DNA of 64,000 nt. Origin: Candidatus Micrarchaeota archaeon. GTDB lineage: Archaea; Micrarchaeota; Micrarchaeia; Anstonellales; Bilamarchaeaceae. The notes below the pieces were generated by a model. The model searched no databases. It saw nothing but the letters and a program-made list of their open reading frames with translations, and was not told the origin of the DNA. The DNA lies in the NCBI GenBank assembly GCA_023129075.1, contig JAGMCT010000023.1:811-64810 (forward strand), in the 5' to 3' direction. The translations under genes were made by a program, and so were the position numbers. This document shows positions 8,850 to 17,726 of the stretch, piece after piece (within the stretch, counting starts at the first letter, position 1; each line of letters begins with the position of its first letter).

Positions 8850-9623
8850 CTATACCGTCTGTTCACTGCTGGTATTGAATATATCCGTCTCAAAACCCCC
8901 TTTCTTTTCCAAGGACTTTATTATGCCATCAACAAGAATCTTTCGCACCCTTTGGTAAGCGTCCCTTCCTACTTCAACGTTTCCAACGGCATATTTGAGA
9001 TTTTTTGCGTTGGAACAAAATAAGGCATCATGTACATTTTCACAGTTATGGCAGAAGTAAGCATTGGTGCTGTCTTTAACAGAATCGCATTCAAATGCAA
9101 CAGTTGCACGTACGCAATTATAGCAGTTGATGCAGAACTTTGAATAGAAAACCCGGAATGAACCGAATATGAATTCTGAGTATTTGGTGTATGAACTATA
9201 TGCTATATTCTTTGAGTTGAATGCATCGTTTGCTCTGTATGTGTTTACAGTATCCTCAAGCCCCATGGTTTCAGTATTATTCTTGTTCTTTCCAACCTGC
9301 ACATCTACATTGAAATAAGCAATTTCAGGGATTTCCTGCAGAAGTTCGTTGAGGGTCATGTTTTCCTTCAGTTCCTTGATCTTTATCTCACTTGCCTTTG
9401 TTTCTCCTTCGTAAAAGGAAACGATTTTCTCTTTTGGTATGAGCTCAAGGAATCTGTACTGCTTTATTAAACGGATATTTTCTCCGGTGAGTTTTGTTTT
9501 TATGTTTTCCCCCTCTCCAATATGTTGTCTCAGCCATCCCTCATATTCATCTAAAGGAGTGAGTTCTTTTCCGAATAGAAGTTTTGTTGTAGTTGAGAGG
9601 GCATTTTCTACTTCTTGATTCAT
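8850..9623 (-). CDS. paralog family protein, single B-type module
   Basis: 257 aa. N-terminal motif ALSTTTKLLFGKELTPLDEYEGWL; C-terminal Cys-rich block CINCYNCVRATVAFECDS...YFCHNCENVHDALFCSNAKNLKYAVGN. Overlaps the upstream A-module gene by 4 bp. Confidence 0.7.
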   Translation of the reverse strand: MNQEVENALSTTTKLLFGKELTPLDEYEGWLRQHIGEGENIKTKLTGENIRLIKQYRFLELIPKEKIVSFYEGETKASEIKIKELKENMTLNELLQEIPEIAYFNVDVQVGKNKNNTETMGLEDTVNTYRANDAFNSKNIAYSSYTKYSEFIFGSFRVFYSKFCINCYNCVRATVAFECDSVKDSTNAYFCHNCENVHDALFCSNAKNLKYAVGNVEVGRDAYQRVRKILVDGIIKSLEKKGGFETDIFNTSSEQTV

Positions 9624-10375
9624 GGTTGAACCCCCTTGGCTATTTTAAATATTGTTGGAAATGACTTTTTCTTCTGCATTATCTCTGCCACTTCTTCCAA
9701 AAGCTTTTCCTTTAAGGAAAGGTATTTCTCTCTTTGGAGCTCTATGTTCCCTATCATATGTTGTTTATTCTTCTGATTAAATGAAAATAGGCACTCCCTG
9801 CAGTTACCCATATGCCAGCTGAAGTACAAGTCCGATGAGGAATTTGAATAACCTGTCTGGAAAAGCCTTGTTGACCTATAATTATGGTACCCCCTTATTA
9901 TTGAATTTGTAAAGGCCGAATAGGTTGAACCAAATATGAATTTTGAACTTAGTAAGATGTTAGAATATGCTGCATACTGAGAATCATAAATAGCATTTGA
10001 TTCAAATACAAAACCAGCATCCATAGACCCATCCGATGCATTAACTTCTATGCACCTCCCAAGATTTTTGTCTCCGCAGTAGAAAAAAGTATCCTTTATG
10101 CAATCAAGCAGGGAATCAATATCTTTTATGGCATTTATATCGAGGGTCGGCTTCTTGAGTCTTTCCAATTCCGCATAAGAAATAAATCTTCCTTCTTTAG
10201 GATATTCAGAATAGTACAAGTAGATGTCTTTTCCCGAGATTGAGGAGGTTCTTTTTGTAATGGGTTCTGCTGTGGACGTTAGATATGTTTTGAACTCCTC
10301 CAGACTTCCGAGCTCTTGTTTGAATAAAGTTCTGCACGTTGAGCGAAATGCAGAATCCAATTTCTGGTTGAACAT
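9620..10375 (-). CDS. paralog family protein, single A-type module
   Basis: 251 aa with the A-module motifs FRSTCRTLFKQELGSLEEFKTYL, SGKDIY, IKDIDSLLD, YAAYSN, SSSDLYFSWHMGNCRECLFSFNQKNKQHMIGNIEL and KLLEEV. Confidence 0.7.
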   Translation of the reverse strand: MFNQKLDSAFRSTCRTLFKQELGSLEEFKTYLTSTAEPITKRTSSISGKDIYLYYSEYPKEGRFISYAELERLKKPTLDINAIKDIDSLLDCIKDTFFYCGDKNLGRCIEVNASDGSMDAGFVFESNAIYDSQYAAYSNILLSSKFIFGSTYSAFTNSIIRGYHNYRSTRLFQTGYSNSSSDLYFSWHMGNCRECLFSFNQKNKQHMIGNIELQREKYLSLKEKLLEEVAEIMQKKKSFPTIFKIAKGVQP

Positions 10376-10499
10376 ATATTAAAAGTGTGCTTAATCAGTA
10401 TTTATATTAAAGTAGTTCAGTAACTGGACTAAAAACTAGGGATTGTTTAGAGTATCATGCTGAACAGAGATATTTAAACCTAGATGGGAAAAAAGAACC

Positions 10500-12080
10500 A
10501 TGCAGAATTCTATTGCATACAATAAGATAAACGAAGCCTGGAAGGATTCCTGCAGGGTTATCTTTGGAAAAGAATTGGGGGATTTGAAGGAATACAAGGA
10601 ATGGCTTTCCATGGACATGGAATCCATGAATACAAAAAAATCAATGGTTTCAGGTAAAGATGTTTGCTGCGCAGTTCCCCATTATTGCGAGGGTGCCAAA
10701 TTTATCTCTCTGGATGAGGTGGACTTTAACAAAAGGTTTGAGCCGTTGAATATAAATGAGATAAAGGACATAGATTCTATTGTTGAAGCATTACAAGAGA
10801 GGTTTTATTATACTGGAAATGTTATACTGGCAAATTCAAGGTTTGTTGAGGAAAGCTCCAACATCTCCAATTCATTCTACATGTTTCATTCAAACTATGC
10901 ATCTGACTCAAAATATGCTGCATATTCATCATATCTTAGGTATTCAAAGTGCATGTTTGGTGTGAATGAAGATGCTCTGTCTTCCTTCGTAATAAGGGGG
11001 TTTGACCTTCACAGGGTGAGTAGAGGTTTTGAGGTGTGGAGAACATTTAGCTCAAATGATTGTTATTATACATATGGAGTGGAGGACTGCAACAATGTCT
11101 TATTTTCATTCAATACAAAGAGCAAGAAATACGTTATTGGAAATCTTGAATTAAGCAGAGAAAAATTCGCATCTCTCAAAAAGAAGTTGTTGGGGGAAAT
11201 AATTGATGGGTTGGAAGGAAAAAAAACGGCTCCTTCCCTAATGGATTTTATTCCAAAAGACCTGGAAAAAACCAGAGCTCCGAAAGTAGAAACCAGAATA
11301 ATGAAAAAAGATGAGAACAAGGAATTGATAGAAGAGGCGTTCAGAAGAACAACAAAGATTGTTTTTGGAAAAGAACTCACAGAGATTGATAGATATGGAG
11401 AATGGCTGGCAGAGAACATGCCCGGAGTTACAACTGTTGAATCTGCTGTAAGCGAAAGCCCTGTTTACCTAGGCTTATATGTTCCTTATACTCACTTACC
11501 CAAAGAGAGGCTGGTCAAAGAAGCAGAAAGCAAAAAACTTGGGGAGATAGTGAAGTTAGAAGAAAGTGAAATAGGTTCAATAGAAGAAATAAAGAAATCC
11601 CTGCAGAAGATTGCGTTCTTTACCCCTGAAACCAGAATGGGAGATAATGCTAACCTGATTTACGCAGCAGTAGTTGCTAGATCAGTAAACTGCTATAAAG
11701 GGGCTCTTTTTGCTTACAATGAAAATTGTGCCTTCTCGTTCTGGTCCAGGAACTCTAAATATATGTTTGGGTCAGCTTTAGCATTTTCCTCTCATTCGTG
11801 CATTAGGTGTTACAATTCTCTGAATCTGTCAAGGTGTTTTGAGACGGATGGTTCAAGCAATTCCTCTGATTTGTATTTTTGTCATAATTGTGAGAACGTG
11901 CAGAATTCTATGTTTACTTTTAATACAAAGAACTTGAAGAATGCTATCGGGAATGCTCCTCTTTCCTTGGAGGATTATAAGAAGGTTAAAGGAAACTTAT
12001 TGGAGCAGATTATAGGTGAAATAGAAGAGAAGGGATCATTAAAATGGAGTATATATAATATTGGGTGTGAAAAAGATTAG
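10500..12080 (+). CDS. paralog family protein, fused A-B two-module form
   Basis: 526 aa. The N half matches the A module (AWKDSCRVIFGKELGDLKEYKEWL...CNNVLFSFNTKSKKYVIGNLEL) and the C half the B module (CIRCYNSLNLSRCFETDGSSNSSDLYFCHNCENVQNSMFTFNTKNLKNAIGNA...KWSIYNIGC). Confidence 0.75.
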   Translation: MQNSIAYNKINEAWKDSCRVIFGKELGDLKEYKEWLSMDMESMNTKKSMVSGKDVCCAVPHYCEGAKFISLDEVDFNKRFEPLNINEIKDIDSIVEALQERFYYTGNVILANSRFVEESSNISNSFYMFHSNYASDSKYAAYSSYLRYSKCMFGVNEDALSSFVIRGFDLHRVSRGFEVWRTFSSNDCYYTYGVEDCNNVLFSFNTKSKKYVIGNLELSREKFASLKKKLLGEIIDGLEGKKTAPSLMDFIPKDLEKTRAPKVETRIMKKDENKELIEEAFRRTTKIVFGKELTEIDRYGEWLAENMPGVTTVESAVSESPVYLGLYVPYTHLPKERLVKEAESKKLGEIVKLEESEIGSIEEIKKSLQKIAFFTPETRMGDNANLIYAAVVARSVNCYKGALFAYNENCAFSFWSRNSKYMFGSALAFSSHSCIRCYNSLNLSRCFETDGSSNSSDLYFCHNCENVQNSMFTFNTKNLKNAIGNAPLSLEDYKKVKGNLLEQIIGEIEEKGSLKWSIYNIGCEKD

Positions 12081-12124
12081 TCATCTGTAAACTTTAAATA
12101 TACAATTGTATAGTAATAGTATAC

Positions 12125-13696
12125 ATGGAAGAATCGCCTCTTTATGAAAAAGTGAATAACGTATGGAAATCTACTTGTAGAATAATATTTGGAGAAGAGA
12201 TAGGAGAGCTAAAGGAATATGAGAAATGGTTGTCAGAATACAGAGAACCTTTCCTAAAGAAAAAATCAGCAATCTCGGGAAAGGATGTTTATTGCTCAAA
12301 TACTCAATATTGTGGAGATGCAAAATTCATTTCCTTAAATGAGATAGATTTTAATAAAAAGTTTGAGCCTCTGAGTATAAATGAGGTAAAGGATATTGAT
12401 AGTATTGTTGAAGGGTTGCAGGAGAGATTTCATTACTGTGGGAATATAAAACTAGGGAATTCTCAATTTGTGGAGAGGAGTAGCAATGTGTTCAATTCAA
12501 ACTATGTCTCATCGTCAACTACAATATTTGATTCCAACTACATATCAAACTCAAGCAGGATAAGAGTTTCAAAAACCCTTTTTGGATGCTATTTCGTAGG
12601 AGAAAGTAATTCAAACATAAGAATTTATTCTGGGTGGAGACTAAGTCGTTCATTTGAAAGCTATGAAGCATGCGAAGGAAACGATGTTATTTATTCAGCA
12701 AACGTTGTTGGGTGTTCCGAGTGTATGTTTTCAATAGGACTAAGAGGAAAAAAGTACGTAATAGGAAACAGAGAACTAGAAAAAGATACATATGCGAAAA
12801 TAAAAGAGAAGCTCATAGGAGAAATAAAAGATGAATTAGAGAAAGAAAAAAGAATATTCTCATTCATAGACATAATAAAAACAGCTCAAGCAGACACAAT
12901 AAGTTCTAGCGAAGAAAAAAAAGGGATTGTTGATAAAGAAACAATAGAAAAAGCATATAGAAAAACACTTTCAGTCGTGCTGCAATGTAAGACTAGTAAG
13001 AATATTGACCACTATAAAAATTTTCTAATGAAAAATGTTCCGGAATACATAGAGAAAAGAAAAAGTACTATAAGCAATAGAGGGTTTTTCACAGTTGTAG
13101 AATCACTACATAAAAAACTACCTAAGGAAGTATTTGTAGAATTCAATGAGAGTCAGGAAATGGCTAAGAACAGAAAACTAAACAATGATGATATAAAAAA
13201 TCTTGAGAGTATAATAACCAACATCAAAAAAATAGCATTTATTAATTTTGACTACAGAGACAGTAGGTCAGAAAATATGATTGAAACTCCTTCCTATCAA
13301 AATTCAAAAAACGCTTATCATGTTGCATATGCATATGGAGTAAAAAACTCTGCTTTTTCTCAATGGCCACGAAACAGTGAATACATGTTCGGTACATCAG
13401 AAACACTCCACTCATTATTTTGTATTAATTGTTACTTCTCAAGAGATTTGGCAAGAGCATTTGAAGTTGATTCTTCAAGGAAATGTTCTGATGTTTACTA
13501 TTCTCATAACTGTGAAAATGTACATGATTCTATGTTCTGTTTTAATAAGAAAAACATAAGAAATGGAATAGGAAATGCTGAGTATGGGAAGGATGAATAT
13601 CTTAGAATAAAGAGTTCATTGTTGGAACAGATTGTAAATGAGCTTGAACAGAAGGAGAATTTAAAATGGAACATCTATAATATTGGTTGTGGCTAA
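12125..13696 (+). CDS. paralog family protein, fused A-B two-module form
   Basis: 523 aa with the same A-B architecture. The N-terminal ~110 aa are near-identical to the next gene; C-terminal motifs include CINCYFSRDLARAFEVDSSRKCSDVYYSHNCENVHDSMFCFNKKNIRNGIGNA and KWNIYNIGCG. Confidence 0.75.
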   Translation: MEESPLYEKVNNVWKSTCRIIFGEEIGELKEYEKWLSEYREPFLKKKSAISGKDVYCSNTQYCGDAKFISLNEIDFNKKFEPLSINEVKDIDSIVEGLQERFHYCGNIKLGNSQFVERSSNVFNSNYVSSSTTIFDSNYISNSSRIRVSKTLFGCYFVGESNSNIRIYSGWRLSRSFESYEACEGNDVIYSANVVGCSECMFSIGLRGKKYVIGNRELEKDTYAKIKEKLIGEIKDELEKEKRIFSFIDIIKTAQADTISSSEEKKGIVDKETIEKAYRKTLSVVLQCKTSKNIDHYKNFLMKNVPEYIEKRKSTISNRGFFTVVESLHKKLPKEVFVEFNESQEMAKNRKLNNDDIKNLESIITNIKKIAFINFDYRDSRSENMIETPSYQNSKNAYHVAYAYGVKNSAFSQWPRNSEYMFGTSETLHSLFCINCYFSRDLARAFEVDSSRKCSDVYYSHNCENVHDSMFCFNKKNIRNGIGNAEYGKDEYLRIKSSLLEQIVNELEQKENLKWNIYNIGCG

Positions 13697-15256
13697 ATGA
13701 CGACTAAAGTATATGAAAAGCTAAATAATGTATGGAAATCTACATGTAGAATTATATTCGGGGATGAGATAGGAGAACTAAAGGAATATGAGAAATGGCT
13801 ATCTGAATACAGAGAACCTTTCCTAAAGAAAAAATCAGCAATCTCGGGAAAGGATGTTTATTGTTCTACGCCTCATTATTGCGAGGGTGCCAAATTTGTT
13901 TCTTTGGATGAAGTGGACTTTAACAAAAAGTTTGAGCCTCTGAGTATAAATGAGGTAAAGGATATTGATAGTATTGTTGAGGGGTTGCAGGAGAGATTTT
14001 ACTACACAGGAAATGTAACACTACAAAATTCCAAGTTTGTTGAGGGAAGTTCAGATATTATTAATTCTCATTTTGTTCTGAATTCAAACTTTATTGCTGA
14101 TTCGCAATATATTGCTTATACGTCGGAAATCAGGTTTTCTAAGTATTTATTCGGCGTTAGTTGCTGTGCTTATTTCAACAATGTAATTAGAGGGACTGGT
14201 TTTAATACCTCAAATTCTTTGGAGAGCTGGTTAACGTGGGAGTCAAACGGTTGTTATTATACAATCAATGTGAGGGGTTGTACAGATATAATGTTTTCAT
14301 TTGGTTTAACCGGAAAGAGAAACATGATTGGGAATTTACAACTGTCAAAAGAAGAATATTATAAGACAAAAGAAAAATTATTAGAACAGCTAAGAGACGA
14401 ATTAATAAAAAATAAAAGATTGCCAGGAATTTTTGAACTTGCAATAGGTGAACCTCCTAAAGTTGAGGGAATAACAAGAGGAAATGTTGAAGAAACAGAT
14501 CTTGCACCAATAGAAAATGCATTCAAAACAACAACAAAAATGATCCTAGGAAAAGAACTAGAAAACATAGATAATTACAAAGATTGGTTATTGAGAAATA
14601 CTATAGGTGTCCAAGAGATCCCTTCAGCGATAACCGGAGAACCCACCTATCTTGAAGATCTTATACCTTACACTCTTGTTCCTAAGGATAGGGTAGTGAA
14701 TGATAAAGAATCGTTTAAAGCATCTGAGATACTTAAGATAAAAGAAGTAACAGAAGATTTGAGGGAATTAAAGGAAAGATTCGGACGAATAATTTTATAT
14801 CCTGTACAAACTGAAGGACAGGAGAATAAAAATGTTACAAAAACCGCGGCAACAAGAAATTGTGTGGATTGTTATTATGGTTCCATTTATATAGAAAACG
14901 AAAAGTGCGCTTATTCATTCTGGCCTAGGAATTCAAAATACATATTTGGTTCATCAATGGCCTTCTCATCAAATTCATGTGTTAATTGTTATTCATCTTC
15001 AAACATCTCTAGATGCTTTGAGGTGGATGGTTGTAGTAATTCTGCAGGCTTGTACTTCTCCCATAATTGTGAAAATGTACATGATTCAATGTTTACTTTT
15101 AATGCAAAGAATCTAAGGTACTCAATAGGAAACGCAACTTATTCTCCAGACCAATATAACAAAATAAAATATTCCATATTAGAACAGATAACGAATGAAT
15201 TAGAAGAGAGGAAGGACTTGAAATGGAATATCTATAATATTGGTTGTGGAAAATAA
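13697..15256 (+). CDS. paralog family protein, fused A-B two-module form (mosaic copy)
   Basis: 519 aa with A-B architecture. DNA stretches of 50+ nt are identical to the 12125 copy, and others nearly identical to the 10500 copy (e.g. cattattgcgagggtgccaaatt...gtggactttaacaaaa), indicating gene conversion. Confidence 0.75.
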   Translation: MTTKVYEKLNNVWKSTCRIIFGDEIGELKEYEKWLSEYREPFLKKKSAISGKDVYCSTPHYCEGAKFVSLDEVDFNKKFEPLSINEVKDIDSIVEGLQERFYYTGNVTLQNSKFVEGSSDIINSHFVLNSNFIADSQYIAYTSEIRFSKYLFGVSCCAYFNNVIRGTGFNTSNSLESWLTWESNGCYYTINVRGCTDIMFSFGLTGKRNMIGNLQLSKEEYYKTKEKLLEQLRDELIKNKRLPGIFELAIGEPPKVEGITRGNVEETDLAPIENAFKTTTKMILGKELENIDNYKDWLLRNTIGVQEIPSAITGEPTYLEDLIPYTLVPKDRVVNDKESFKASEILKIKEVTEDLRELKERFGRIILYPVQTEGQENKNVTKTAATRNCVDCYYGSIYIENEKCAYSFWPRNSKYIFGSSMAFSSNSCVNCYSSSNISRCFEVDGCSNSAGLYFSHNCENVHDSMFTFNAKNLRYSIGNATYSPDQYNKIKYSILEQITNELEERKDLKWNIYNIGCGK

Positions 15257-15259
15257 TAA

Positions 15260-16870
15260 TCACTTGCATCCAATATTGTAAATATCGTATTTTAAGGTTT
15301 TGTTCTTTTCCAATTCTGAGGAGATTTGCTCTAGTAAAGAGGACTTTATTTTTCTATATTCATCAGGAGAAAGTTTGGAATTGCCGATTGCATGCTTCAG
15401 ATTTTTTACATTGAAGCAGAACATTCCATCCTGAACTGCTTCGCAATTGTGAGAAAAGTAGATGTCTGAACAGTCCCTAGAGCTGTCAACCTCAAAACAT
15501 CTGGAAAGTTTGCTTGAATTATATACATTTATGCAAAATAAAGAGTCATGAACCGTATCAACACCAAACATATTCTCAGATCTTACCGGCCAAAAGGAAT
15601 ACCCGCAGTTTTTTGCACGTAGTGGCGCTCCACACCTATAACTGTTGCTTGAATAGCCCACCATCACACATTCTGGAATATTTGAGTTCTGCAATTTTAG
15701 TTCGGTAGAAACATATCCTATATCAGCGATTATATCATGTGCTTTCTCCAGCGAAAGATTATTTACGTCATTTTTATCCGCTTTAAGGTATTTGCCTGCC
15801 AATTGGCCTTCTTCTATACGAATTATCCTGTTATGCGGGAATTTGTCAAATACTGAATAATGTACAAGACCTGATTCCTTTCCTGAAATTACTGAGGGCA
15901 GTATCTCAATTGGTTTTACATGCCTGTACAGAAAATCTGAGTAATCCTCCATAGATCCGATCGGTCTGCCAAACACTACTTTGCAGGTATCCTCAAACTG
16001 GTCCTGTACAACTGAAATGTCAGTTTCAGGGTCATCATATTTAGTTTCTGCAGTAATCTTTGAAAATACATTCTTTAATTCATCAGATTTTACCCTGGAA
16101 TTGTACAGATAATCAAGCAATCCCAGGCATTTCCTATCCTTAACCAGTTTAGCTCTTATTTCTTCAAGCAAAGATTCCTTTATTTTCATGTATTGGGATT
16201 TTTCAAGTTCTAAATTGCCTATTGTGTATTTCTTATTCTTCAGATTAAATGAAAAAATACAATCCTGACAGCCGTTAATATTCATTACATAATAACAATC
16301 CGAACAGGTATGGCTTTCATAGAATTCAAAACAGCGACTGGACCATGTAGATTCCATCGCCATTATATTAAATTTGGATTCTCCTATTCCATTTCCCCCG
16401 AAAATTCTTTCGGAGGAACGCGCCATCTTGACATGGGCCATATAGATTGAATCAAGTATGTTGAGCGAATCCAGAATGAAACTTGAGTTATGTATATCCG
16501 AGCTGTCAGAAACGAATCTTGAGTTTCCAAGAATAATATTGCCCGCATACACAAATCTTTCCTGTAGTGATTCAACTAGAGAATCAATATCTTTTATTTC
16601 ATTTATGTTCAAAGGTTCAAATTTCCTGCTATAATCTATTTCGCCTAAATCCATGAATCTTGCTGAGGGGCAATAATCGCCCTGTGCCGGAAATACTGTT
16701 TTATTTGAAATATGTGATTTTTCAGACCTCATGGCACCCGGATATTCAGATAAGTAAGCTGAAAACTCATCTAATTCACCCACCTCACCTCTTAGGACAA
16801 TCCTGCAAGTGGATTTCCATTCCTTATTAAGAGAATTGTAAACTTCGGGGTTCATGGTTTTCCTCTGCAA
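15260..16870 (-). CDS. paralog family protein, fused A-B two-module form
   Basis: 536 aa with N motifs EWKSTCRIVLRGEVGELDEF and IKDIDSLVESLQERF, C motifs CINVYNSSKLSRCFEVDSSRDCSDIYFSHNCEAVQDGMFCFNVKNLKHAIGNS and KYDIYNIGCK. Co-oriented with the upstream methyltransferase-like gene. Confidence 0.75.
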   Translation of the reverse strand: MQRKTMNPEVYNSLNKEWKSTCRIVLRGEVGELDEFSAYLSEYPGAMRSEKSHISNKTVFPAQGDYCPSARFMDLGEIDYSRKFEPLNINEIKDIDSLVESLQERFVYAGNIILGNSRFVSDSSDIHNSSFILDSLNILDSIYMAHVKMARSSERIFGGNGIGESKFNIMAMESTWSSRCFEFYESHTCSDCYYVMNINGCQDCIFSFNLKNKKYTIGNLELEKSQYMKIKESLLEEIRAKLVKDRKCLGLLDYLYNSRVKSDELKNVFSKITAETKYDDPETDISVVQDQFEDTCKVVFGRPIGSMEDYSDFLYRHVKPIEILPSVISGKESGLVHYSVFDKFPHNRIIRIEEGQLAGKYLKADKNDVNNLSLEKAHDIIADIGYVSTELKLQNSNIPECVMVGYSSNSYRCGAPLRAKNCGYSFWPVRSENMFGVDTVHDSLFCINVYNSSKLSRCFEVDSSRDCSDIYFSHNCEAVQDGMFCFNVKNLKHAIGNSKLSPDEYRKIKSSLLEQISSELEKNKTLKYDIYNIGCK

Positions 16871-16936
16871 CCGATATTGTAAATATCATATTTTAAGGTC
16901 TTGTTTTTTTCTAATTCTATATGGGGGAACTGAATA

Positions 16937-17683
16937 TTAACCATTATTCTTTGCTACAAGAATTAATCTTTTGTTTTTTTGATGTTTCTTATCTGGTGAG
17001 TCAAACGTTTCTTTTTCTATTATTTTATATCCTATTTCTCTAATAGTTTTAAGTATTTCAGGTATGCTTTTAGGTCTTCTATCCGAAAAGAAAGCTGGCA
17101 GACCGTAATCAACAACATTATTAATGAAAATTAAACCATCTTTCTTGATAAATTCTTTAAGTACCATCAAAAATAGCTTGTAATCGATGTAATTAAGAAC
17201 ATGTGAAACAACAACAGAATCAAAAGAAATTTTCTTCAAATGCAATTTTTTGAAGGCTTTTTGTGTTTCCAATTTAAGTTTCAGGAAAGAATTTCCTTCA
17301 ATTTGATTTAAATCACAAAATATGGGGTAAACAGAATCTTTCTTATATTTGTTATTATGGTACTTCAAAACATGGTAATCATTTTCCCAGTAAAAAATTT
17401 GGGAATTAGGGAATTCTTCCGGAGTGACCAAAGGGTTAAAGAAAGGCCCAACTTCAAGAATAATATTCCCCATGTTTTTCCTATATTTTTTTAGAAATGG
17501 TGAAAGCATCTGGCTGCCAGTTATCATTCTTTTTCTTGCTTCAATATCAAAATCCCCTCCATGGGGATTCTCTTCTAACGGCCAACCAGGCCAGTTGTAA
17601 ATTTTGAAATCATCCATGGATAGAACTAAACAAATCTGATATATAAAAGTTTCGGGATATTGAAGAGAGTCAAGTGAAACCAA
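16937..17683 (-). CDS. class I SAM-methyltransferase-like protein with a degenerate motif I
   Basis: 248 aa. ILEVGPFFNP aligns with MTase motif I (hhDhGxGxG) but lacks the glycines; FDSVVVSHVLNYI matches the post-II/III acidic motif of class I MTases. Confidence 0.4.
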   Translation of the reverse strand: MVSLDSLQYPETFIYQICLVLSMDDFKIYNWPGWPLEENPHGGDFDIEARKRMITGSQMLSPFLKKYRKNMGNIILEVGPFFNPLVTPEEFPNSQIFYWENDYHVLKYHNNKYKKDSVYPIFCDLNQIEGNSFLKLKLETQKAFKKLHLKKISFDSVVVSHVLNYIDYKLFLMVLKEFIKKDGLIFINNVVDYGLPAFFSDRRPKSIPEILKTIREIGYKIIEKETFDSPDKKHQKNKRLILVAKNNG

Positions 17684-17726
17684 TCATTAAAACCGTTTCG
17701 TTCTACAATTCCGACAGGTGTGTTAA

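Noticed and set aside
6849-17683. Considered that the paralog/ATPase island is an integrated virus or conjugative element
   Set aside because: No integrase, capsid, portal, relaxase or other mobile-element genes; no flanking att repeats; composition matches the host background; flanked by purP and thrS.
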